Assembly: GCA_050084515.1 (NCBI GenBank) | Contig: CM114271.1 | Coordinates: 33,728,001 to 33,792,000, forward strand | Direction of reading: 5' to 3' | DNA: 64,000 nucleotides | Origin: Blasia pusilla | Lineage: Eukaryota | Shown here: positions 12,556 through 23,280 of the stretch, piece by piece | Layout of the letters: each line of letters starts with the position of its first letter | Numbering within the stretch: position 1 is the stretch's first letter | Position numbers and translations under genes: made by a program | Notes under the pieces: generated by a model | Database searches by the model: none | The model's input: only the letters and a program-made list of their open reading frames with translations | What the model was told of the DNA's origin: nothing

Positions 12556-14091
12556 GACCATCTAGAGGCGGGATGGTTTGGCTGAGCGTGTGGTTCAGAC
12601 GGTGAAGAGGGCATTGCGCAAGTATGGCCTACAGAAGGGGCATCTTGGAGACTGGGATATTTAGTTGCCATGGTTAGCCATGGGGTATAGGTTCAGTTGC
12701 CAAGCATCCTTGGCTTCCTTCTCACCTTATTTTTTGTTATACGGCCCAGATCCAGACTAACCAACAGCAATTCGTTGGGAGTCTAGTGAGGTGGTAAACC
12801 TTGATGACCTAGAGATGTGGATGAGAGTGTGTTCTCAGCGGGCAGAGCTCTTTCGGAGAGTTGTGCCAACAGCCTTTGAGAATCTTGCCATTGCTCAACA
12901 CAAGGATACGTTGCGGTATGCAACCATTCGGGGTGGAGGTTATCGACCATCGATTTGTAGGTTCCATGTGGGGGACTATGTCTATTTGCAGCAGATTGCA
13001 CCGACAATGTTGGATGTGACGGCAGGCCACACTATTTTATAAGTGCGCAAAGTGTTAGCTTCTGGAGTTCTCATGTTAGAGGGTCGTGATGGAGTTGTTT
13101 GGAAGGACCATGTGCGTAATCGTGCGCCATGTCATCTTCCAAATTTGGATGGTACTATTGACTCAAGCTTAGCCATGATACGTGCTAGCTTGAGGTGCAT
13201 GTTGTGTGGGTCTGCTGGTAACGCAGCCCGTATGTTGGTGTGTGATTGTTGTTCTAAGGGTTGGCACATGGTGTGTTTGACTCCACGTATGGATGTTGTT
13301 CCTACTGGAAGGTGGGTTTGTCCTTGATGTACTTAGGAGAGGTAGATGACTTGATCTTTGCATGATATGGATTACAGATGTGCGACTTACGATAGGGCAT
13401 CCTAGCACCCGGCCTTCTGATTCGTGCACCCAAGAAGGTGTATAGCATGTAGTAGATGTATAGGGCTACCTGGGAGTTAGAGGGACCTAACCGCCAGTTA
13501 GGGGGGCGAGTTGTGGTACACTTGTGTTTGTGTATGCTCTCGTCTATGTTATGTATGTATGTGAGTATGGTATGTCAGCGATGTATGTTGTATTACGATG
13601 TGGATTCGCACGACAGTTGTCATGACCATACGGATTATGTCGTAGAGTATAGTGTGCTAGTAGAGGCCATACCTTATGTAGGGCCGTAGTGTCCAAGTAG
13701 AGATGCGGTTTCATACATAGGGTTGGGGGTTACTCAGTTGAGGATGACTTTTCCAGTAGGGCCCGCTCTTAGGTTGGAGGATATAGTGTGGAGTGCACTC
13801 AAAGAACAGATAGTTCTTTGAGTTGAGCCTGTTGCGTTGGGATTTAGCCTTGGTAGTGAGTAGAGCTCTTGGCTATGGTGGTTCCCGCAAGCTTCGACGT
13901 GGATTCTCCCATCGTGGAGTGGGTTTGGCTCGATTGTATGTGATTCTATACGTGTTTTATGACAGTAGGTCTTTCACGGATTTCAATTGTGGTACACTTG
14001 TGTTTGTGTATGCTCTCGTCTATGTTATGTATGTATGTGAGTATGGTATGTCAGCGATGTATGTTGTATGACGATGTGGATTCGCACGACA
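12556..14091 (+). mobile_element. 3' fragment of a related Gypsy subfamily (copy 3): integrase C-half, PHD finger, PPT, A'-B'-A' repeats
   Basis: LAERVVQTVKRALRKYG...SPYFLLYG; PHD CMLC-x-CDCC-GWH-xxC-x-WVCP*C (13190-13330); PPT AGGGGGGCGAG (13500-13510). The 104-bp A' unit occurs at 13512-13615 and 13988-14091 with one mismatch. Confidence 0.92.
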
Positions 14092-14939
14092 CCGCCCTTA
14101 AGGTTGTCAAGCCCTTCCAGTAGACCTTGGCTGGTCAAGCGTGCATTGTGGCCCACGCACAACCCACACCACCCCAAGGAAGACCCACAACCATGTCCGC
14201 AGGGCGGGCTTAGCTACAGGACCTGAGCTTGCCCAATGGGGGCCCAACCCAGTTCTACACGACGGGCTCGACAAGCTCAAGGGCAGGCTCAGATGCAGGC
14301 CGCAAGTACCCATTGGGAGGGCTCAGGGCTTGCGGCTGAGCCCGTCCTACTAATGGAACCTAGCTTCGAGTGTGCCGCGTGTTTGTGGGGGTTGCGCGCG
14401 GACCACAAAATAGGAGTGCGCTCGCCTAGCCCGAGTCTATGTGATGGGCTCAGGGGCGGGCTCGCCGGCTTGTGTGCCCGCCGTGGGTACCCGGGCCCGC
14501 ATGGACATGGAAATGTCCACGGATACAAACTTTGTTCATGTGCAACCCTGGGATTAAAAACTAGGAAAATTAAGAAAATTGGATGAGGGATATGAATAAA
14601 AAATCAATATAAATAAATGATTAGAAGTTGCCAAAAATAGGAAATCTCAGAGAGAGGGATGTAAGTTAAGATAGTACAATAATGAAGTTGCACTTGGATA
14701 AAAAGTTATAGGAGATGGAACAATAATGCAACATTTTCAAAAGCTACAATGAACACCATAGGTAATAAAATAGAGAGTGAAGAAATAGAAACTTAAAAGG
14801 AAAAGGAAAAAAAGGGGATTTTTAATTTTGGAGCAAGCAAATATGATACATTAATTTTTTTTTAAATGACCACTCACAACTTGGGATTCCCTATGCTTTG
14901 GGAAGAGACTGCCATTCGTCTTGGTTTCCCTAAACATGT

Positions 14940-15200
14940 TCTCCATGATTGCACAAAAACAAATATGGGTGGATAGGTCTATGAACATGGATCGCAAGAG
15001 GTGGGCCTCACACTTATTGCTTGTGGTGGGGGCAGGCGGGCGGTGGGCCAACAAGGGGGGAGGAAGTAGCAGGCAAGCGCGAGATATGGGGGCAAGTGGG
15101 GGGATGAAAAAGGGGGAAAGTAGGACCCACACAAACAAGTCCTTCCATAATTCAGACATGCACACATCCACGGATGTTTGCACTTTGCCCATATGCAACC
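14940..15200. mobile_element. Copy of a ~260-320 bp MITE-like family with GGTTGCA...TGCAACC ends
   Basis: Begins CATGATTGCACAAAAAC and ends ATATGCAACC. Homologous to 17147-17458, 17551-17878 and ~8845-9110. Confidence 0.55.
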
Positions 15201-17146
15201 TTACTTTTTCTCACACATGCGTAGAAGAAGACAAAAAATCTCCTCCACTTTTGAAAATTTCATCTAGTGTGCCCCCTTTCCATTTGCATTATGAGGTTGG
15301 GGGATTTTAACTATTTTTCTTATATTAATAAATATGGAATTACATATGGTCCAACTTAAAAAAGATAAGTTTTATTTACGTTTTTAGGTTATGCTTTGTG
15401 GCACATAAAAAATGAGGATAACAAACATGTGTTTGAAGAAGTATGTATTAAAAGATGGATATGCATCTGCAATGATGAGAACGCATATTATCAAAATAAG
15501 TTTGACACATTATATGGTATAAGTTATTTCTGGCTCAACACCATGCAATTAAGGTTGTGAATTCAAATCTTTAAGATATTATGCAAGACTAAATCATCTC
15601 CTTAGGTTTCAAATAATTTCCATTTATCATTTTTATGGTGATTCTTTTCAACTGCTCCATATAGTCCGTCACAGAGATAGACCAAAAATTATTCCACCAT
15701 CATTATGAGATTCCCATATTCATGTAAAAGGCACAAAGGTGATAACAAAAATAAAAGTTTCAAACTTGACATATTATCAAATCTTGACTTAAGGGATTTA
15801 GGAAATTAGATATTAGAACGTGGGTAAGGGTACTAAGGTCGCAAACCTATTACCCTATCTCTACAAGAGCATACTTATTAACCAAAATAGTCAATAGTAT
15901 AGATAAATAGAAATTTTTTTTGAATCGGAACCCCTAATATGTTGTATGAGTGTGTATTTCCACCATCCCATTATGTTCTTTCTTTCTTGTCATCCAATCT
16001 TTTTCTTATTTGCTAGCGAACATGAGACCTAAAATTTCTTTTATAAATGATTTTGAAATGTGACGTTAGGCCATAACCGCATTAACATTTATATGCTTGG
16101 GAACCACTCCCATGGGAATAAGAGTGAAGTCTAATTTCATTTCATCGTGCGATAAAACATCAAGGAAAAAATTGTATGATCTAGTTAGAAATGAGAATTC
16201 ATGCCCTAGTCTATCTTCAAAAACATTGGGGGTCTGGGACCACTTTTGGAGATTGTAGTTGGACCAACTACATAAGACCCCATCTCATAGGAATACAAGA
16301 TAGATTTGAAATTGGACAATCAAGAATCAAGGACCAAATTTGACAACCAACTTACAATTCATACCTTGGTCTAAAAGGAGGCAAATTACGACCAATTTTG
16401 GAGATTTTCCTCACAAGATTACTAGCGAATGACAAGATGCTTATTATCTGGTTCTATAAGAGTAAACACTAAGTCAAAAGTCCTAATCAAACTTAATCAA
16501 TTTTCTGAAATAAAAAGATCCAATTTTACAACCAAGGAAAATCTGCTCTCATGACGTGAATTTGTTGTTTGTTCATTTGATGAGACCACTACATGTATGG
16601 AACCGATCCCTCAAGATAGATATCTTTGCAAGAGCCTCGAAATTTTTCTACAAATTTTTCCCAAAGGAAATATGGCACAGATTTCAATTAGATTGTAAAA
16701 TGAGATCCTTGATCATGCTATAAAAATTAAGGGAGAATTTAAATGATAATGTGTTTATGGTCATATGGGTTGGTGTGTTGGGGTTAAGGCTGTCTGCGGT
16801 GCGGGATAGAGGCCTAGCAAGGGATGCAAGAAATTTTTCCCATGCGGACATAAGTCTGCACACACAAACTTTGTCCAAATGCAGCCTAGCTTGCTAATGT
16901 AAGAACATAGAATCTAAATAAATCAATGAAATATATATAACAAATTTTGAAGGTACTAGGCGGCCTGGTTTAAGCATGCGCTCATAGTAGAGATTTGATA
17001 GAACTTGAACATGGAGAAAACCTTGACATATGAGAATATACTACCGTTGTTGGTTCCTAACCATATCACTTATTGAGAAATTAGGAATTTTTATCTATTT
17101 TCTTCAATTCTATTTATAAAAGAATTACTCCAAGGACCTCGCCCAA

Positions 17147-17878
17147 GGTTGCATGTGGACAAAGTCGATTTCCGGTAACATATCCATGTCTATGGACCTA
17201 CATCCTTCCTATAGAAGGACTTGTCCCTGTAGGCCCTACAATTCCCTTCTTTCTTATTCCCCCCACTTGCTTTCGTGTTCCATACTCTCTCGTTTCTTCC
17301 TCCCTCCCCCCTTACTGCCCCACTCGTCCTTGTTGTGCCGTCCATCATGAACTATAAGTGTGGATCCCCCCTCTTGCAATCCATGTCCGTGGATATGTCC
17401 GGACTTCTCCTTCCATCTCCGTCCTACGAACAAGCTTGTCTATTTTTGTGCAACCATGACTTTGCCTCCTGACCCCCCGTCACATCAAGGTGTCTCGAAT
17501 CTTGATGCCAAATAGGGTTAAATCAACCTATTAATGCTACTCCATAAACCCATGGTTGCAAAAAAATAGACAAGTCCATCCCTAGGAAGGGCATGGATGG
17601 AAAAGTTTGGACATATCCACGGATATGGATTACAAAAGATAGGGCCCATACTTATAGTTCATGGTTGAAGGCAAGGCAAGGGGGGACGGGGCAAGAAAGG
17701 GGGGAGTGGAGGTGGAAGCAGAAAGAAACGAGGAAGTGTGGATCACGAAGGCAAATGGGGGGATGAGAAAGAAGGGGGATATGGAGCCATATGGACAAGT
17801 ATTTGTATAGGACGAACATGAGTCAATAGACATAGACATGTCCACGGACACAAACTTTGTCCATAGGAAACGTTGCAT
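17147..17878. mobile_element. Two MITE-like copies in inverted orientation (17147-17458 and 17551-17878)
   Basis: The reverse complement of 17375-17458 aligns with 17551-17635 (CATGGTTGCA.AAAAATAGACAAG...GGACATATCCACGGA.ATGGATT.CA). The first copy is bounded by GGTTGCA/TGCAACC. Confidence 0.65.
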
Positions 17879-17919
17879 AAACCACCTATGTTATATTACT
17901 ATGACTCCTTCAATATCTA

Positions 17920-18677
17920 AGTCGGGACCATTAGTCTAGGTTCTCCTCATACAAGGGGTTGTTTAGATAAATCGTGCACAATAAGAAGTGAATATTGAGA
18001 ATCCAATAGCTAGTACAACTAAGGACATTAAGTTATAGCCAACTTAAATATGCACCTTAGTTCATTGAAACACAACATTACATGTGATCCCAGGACTACC
18101 ATGAAGAAACTCCTTTGTGGGTGAGTGCTATAAAAACTAAATTAGTTCTCGATCTTGTAGAACATGTAAAGAGGTTATATGCCACATCTAAAGTCTTCAT
18201 GGAATTGAACTAGATAGCCTAGTACAACCAAGGACATTAAATTGCAACCAACTTAAATTCACACCTTAGTATATAAAAATAAAAATTTTCATAGAACTTC
18301 AAGACTATCACGAAAAGAACCTATCATCGGACCGATTCATAGCCATGGGATCCATAGGACCACCAAATGCTGCAAAACCCAAACTATCTAGGACTTAGGA
18401 AACTATTAGTCTCCTCTAAGCAGTCCGTGCATACGCTCATAGTAAACTAAACCAACTTAAATATGCAAATTCTAGAGTATAGCAAATGCAAAATTACAAA
18501 GGTTCATTTCATGTTCTAGTCTAGTAATATGTATGAGAATCAGAACATGCAAAGATAGCTTTTCAATGATCTAGATCATAGCGTGCTACTTGAGAATTCA
18601 AACATACCTCCCATGGGACCAGGTGGTACAAAACCTAAAATAGTAGGTGGTCCTATAGAAACTAATTCCCAATGGGA
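17920..18677. repeat. Degenerate tandem-like repeat (AAGGACAT.AA.TT...CCAACTTAAA), interrupted by copy 2 and continuing at 28444-28545
   Basis: The motif recurs at ~18020-18050, ~18230-18258, ~18450, ~28453-28480 and ~28530. Confidence 0.6.
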
Positions 18678-19441
18678 TGTCGTGCGCATACACATCGCTA
18701 CACAACATACATCGTTGTCGCCAAACATACACACAAACACGCACGATCCCACGCTAACTCATGGTGTCCAACAATGAGACAAGAATATCTCCAATAAATC
18801 AAGTAGATCCAATCTCTCTCAACACCATAGCTCTCAAATGTGTGCACTCTCACATGTCTCTCTCAATGTCAAACCAAACCCACTCTCCTAATGAGAGGCT
18901 TGGGTTATACTCACAAGTCAAGCAAGACCATAGCTCCACCGCCTCATGCCAAGAGGTTCAACAAAGAGAGAATGAGCTCTCAAACTCTCTCTCTTGGAGG
19001 TATACCCCATTCCCTCTCCCAAGCTCTCTCCTCGGTAATCTATGTTCGTAGGTCACCTCCTTGGCTCTTGACCTACTATAGTAGGTCGAAGGCCACTTCC
19101 CAAAGTGGAAAGTCAACTCTGCCAAATATGGAAACTTGCCCAAAATAGTAATTTTCTCGATATGGCTCCAAATGAGGCGAAACGAAGGGGAAACTTGCTC
19201 TCTCAGGTTTCCCGGGACTTGAGCAGGTCATCCTTGACCTCCTAAGTCTGTCCTCCTCTACTCGCAAAGGTGCTCTACCACATCTCTTTGATCTATCCTA
19301 AAAATTTGTGACAACAATCGTATGCATACACATCGCTACACAACATATATCGTTGCCGCCAAACATCCACACAAACACGCACGATCCCATGCTAACTCAT
19401 GGTATCCAAACAACGAGACAAGAAGTACCAAAATATCTCCA
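18678..19441 (-). repeat. 3' terminal A-B-A block of copy 2 (A1 19441-19316, B2 19313-18795, A2 18793-18678)
   Basis: Direct duplication of CACATCGCTACACAACATA...ATATCTCCA on either side of B. Confidence 0.92.
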
Positions 19442-22400
19442 ATCGGCCCCCTAGCTAGTGGTTAGGTCCCTCTAACTCCAGATAGCCATCTATCCTTACC
19501 TACCATGACATACATCTCTCGGACGCTAAGAGCAAAAAGGTCGGGTGCTCCATCGTTAGTCGCCGTCTTGTCATCCATCTCACAGATACAAGTCGGAATC
19601 TAGAACTATGTACTCTATGTACATATGGGACACATCCATCGTCCCTGAGGAACCTTAGTGAGAGGTGGCGTCACACATGCCATATGCCACCCTCTTAAAC
19701 ACCCATCACAGACTAGCATAGTGTGGCTGCACCACCGACGGAACCACACAACATACATCGCAAGCCTGCAGAAACTACTGCTAAGCCCAGATCAACAATA
19801 CCGTTAATGTTAGGAAGGTGACATGACGCACAGTTACGCACATGGTCCTTCCAAACCATACCATCGTGTCCCTCCAATAAGAGAACACCAGATGACAAAA
19901 TCTCACGCCTCTCCAGATGGTGCGCCCTGCAGTTACATCCAATGTTGTGGATACCGTATGCTGCAAGTAGACATAGTCTCCCTGATGAAACCTCCGGATA
20001 GTAGGTCGATAACCACCTCCTCGAATAGTCGCATACCTCAATCTATCCCGATGTTGTGCAATCGCCAAGTTCTTAAACGCCATGGGCATCACTCTCCGAA
20101 ACAACTCAGCCCTCTGAGAACATGCTTGCATCCATACATCAGGGTCATCAAGCTTCAACACCTCACCAACATCTTGACCAAGGGCCATAGGTAAATGTGG
20201 CTCTCGGCCATAAAGCAACAAGTACGGTGAGAAAAATGCTAAGGATGCCTCCCTGCTGAATCTGTATCCCATCGCCAACCATGGAAACTGAAGGTCTCGA
20301 TCTCCTAGGTGACCTCTCTGCAAGCCATACTTGCGTAATCCTCTCTTCACCGTCTGCACAACCCTCTCTGCTAGTCCATCCGCCTCAAGATAATCTCGCG
20401 AAGTGGTGCGATGGTCGATCAGCGCCTGATCCCACAAGGCCTAAAACTCCCCGTAAAACTCTATACCCTAGTCTATCAACACCTCAGCTGGTGCGCCGTA
20501 ATAACTCAGCAGTCAATCTAGGAAGGCATATGCAACTCCATCATTCGCTTTGTCAGACAATGCAACCAACTCTATCCACTTTGAGAAATGCTTGACCATC
20601 ATCAACACATAACGACTATGGCACTCTGTCAAAGGCAAAGGTCCTACAAAATCCAAACTCCATCTATAACCTACACCCATGATAGGAAGTGGATGCAACT
20701 GTGGAGTCGGTGTATTGAACGATGCTTAGACTCGATCACACACCGTGCACGTGGCAACAAACTGTTGAACGTTAGTCTGCATGCCTCGCCACCAATATTG
20801 TATCTGGAGCAAGTTGTACATCCGCTTCACTCCAAAATGACCCAACTCTTCATGGGCATGACACACCAAAACGAAGGATGAGGCACTACATGCACTCTAC
20901 CATCCTCCCAAACTCGCAACACATATGTCCTCTCCCATCGAAACCGTCTGGCTCACTGTAGGATCCGATCCCGCTCTCTAGCACCCACTATGCTTCGCGA
21001 TGCTGCCAGTACATAGGTACTCCAAGACCACTCCATCGTCGTGAATATCTTGGCCACCTGTCGTCTCCTCACTAGCGTCTTGATCTAAGGACTCTCCATC
21101 ATACCTCGCCATCGAAGTCTCAGCAATCTGGCTTTCTATAGCCAACAAGCCCAAATAGGCTGACGCATGCCATCCTGGCATCAACTTCTCATCACTCTCA
21201 CCATGCCAACGAGCTCCAATCGCATCTCAGTGACTGGGGGGCATGGATTACGGCTCAAACCATCTGCATCCTGGTTGAGCGTCTCAGGTCTATGCACCAC
21301 CTGGAAGTCATACTCATGCAACAAAAGAGCCCATCTTGCAAGCTTTCCTATAAGCTTGTCGGACTCCATCAACCACTTGAGTGGCTGATGATCAGCAATG
21401 ATGGTAAAGGGGTTTCCAAATAAATAACACCTGAAATGTGCGACAGTCCACATCGTAGTCAAGCACTCACCCTCATACGAGCTATACTTTGCCTCTATAA
21501 CATTGTTTGAGCAACTAGCGTAAGCCACCACCAACTCTCTACCATCATCGTCATGTTGGGTGAGCACGACTCCAAGCCCCAACATGCTCCAATCGGTATG
21601 CAATTGGAAAGGACGCCCCCTGATCGGTCTCCTCAATATGGGCGTGGACATCAATCTGTCCTTGAGCAATTGAAATGCTCTCTCTTGCTCATCCCCCCAG
21701 TGCCACTCCTAATCCACCTTGGTCAGCAAGGTTAGCGGCTTTGCAATTGGACAGAAACCCTTGACGTACCATTGATAGAAGTTCGCCAATCCCATGAATG
21801 CACGAACTCAACTCACATCTATAGGGCGTGGAATGCGTAAAAGAGCCTCTACCTTTATCGACTGCACACCAAGGCCACTTGGGTATATCGTATGACCCAA
21901 GTACTCAATCTGGTCATAGAAGAACTTGCACTTGCCTGGATGTAGCTTCAGCCCATGTAACTGCAATCGTCAAAACACCTCCTCTAGATGTCGCTCATGC
22001 TTCTCAACCGTGGCGCTAAAGACTACAATGTCATCAATATAATACGTAGCAAAACCCAGACCTGCCAAGATCCTATCCATGACCCTTTGAAATTGAGTCG
22101 GGGCATTCCTTAACTCAAATGTAAGAACCGCCACTAGTACAAACAATCCTTCACATGAGGATCAATGCCCCAAATTTCCGTCTTCTGCCTGTCCTCCAAT
22201 TTGATAGGCAGTTGGTTGTATCCGGCTCACAAATCCAATGAAGTGAAGACCTTTGCATGCCCAATCGCATCAAAGATCTCCTCACGGGTAGGCATGGCAT
22301 ACCTATCAGACTTCGTATGTCGATTGATAGGTCGGTAACCTCCACACATTCGCCTATCCGTCCAATTTCCATACACATCCTTCTTGGTGGGCATGAAAGT

Positions 22401-23029
22401 GGTAGATGCATTCTCTCCATGCGACATCTCTACTAGTCCTACTCCAACCAAGTCCTGGCTCCTACTCTAAATCAGAGCCCTCTCCATGTCACTGAATCTG
22501 TAGGGTCGTCGGAAGATTGGCGTGTCACTTGACAACTCAATGCGGATCCCTAGACCCTTCAGCGTACCCAAATCCTGCATGCTAGATGCAAAACAGCTCC
22601 TATAACTCCTCAGGAACTAATGAATCTGGCGCCGCCTCCTATTGTCAACTTAGGGCCCATGTGTGGCTTCCAACTCTCCATCATGACTATGGTAGGACTC
22701 TCCGGACGTGGGTGTAGGTGGTTGCTATGGTGCAACCCGGTCTCGAACAATAGACCTCGACTGCTCTCCTACAGCCACCTCCAAAATCTGATCTCCATGT
22801 GCAGTCTCCAAAACCACGCTCAATGTTGTGGCTACCATCTCTTGGCATACTTGCAAAAAATCCCAAGAAGTCCAAGGGTGTCTCTCTCAATCACCCCTCA
22901 TGTCGTGATTTCCTTGGGTCTTGCCCCCAGCCACTGCCTCAACCGTCTTGGTAGGCATGGGGCTCACCAACGCAACAATTGTGATCTGTCGCATCTCAAA
23001 CAATGTTGCTCAACTACTCCTAAGCTGAA

Positions 23030-23280
23030 AATCTATGTCAAGTACTTTAGGTCCATCACCTGACCCAAGACATGACGTCGTGATACCTCTGATAGTAGCA
23101 ACGTGGAGATGAGAGTTCTATTATCCGATTGCTCCCATCCCACATGGTGAAGTGAAGCACACCTCGTACCATCATCAATCTCCACATACAAGTACTGCTG
23201 CACATGTATTCCTGCCTGCAAAACAGTAGCTAACCTAGTGTTGATCCCTCCAAAGAGATCCAACACCCGAATACCCCCCT
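23030..23280 (-). pseudogene. Internally deleted DNMT3-like domain of copy 2
   Basis: IRVLDLFGGINTRLATVLQAGIHVQQYLYVEIDD is joined by a short filler to LSEVSRRHVLGQVMDL. Motifs IV-IX are missing. Confidence 0.88.

Noticed and set aside
14100-14500. ORFs in a GC-rich island
   Set aside because: Rich in GCCC/GGGC motifs like DNA-transposon subterminal repeats; no domain and no definable TIR pair.
17920-18660. CRISPR-like repeat array
   Set aside because: The units are degenerate and irregularly spaced, the context is eukaryotic, and there are no cas genes.
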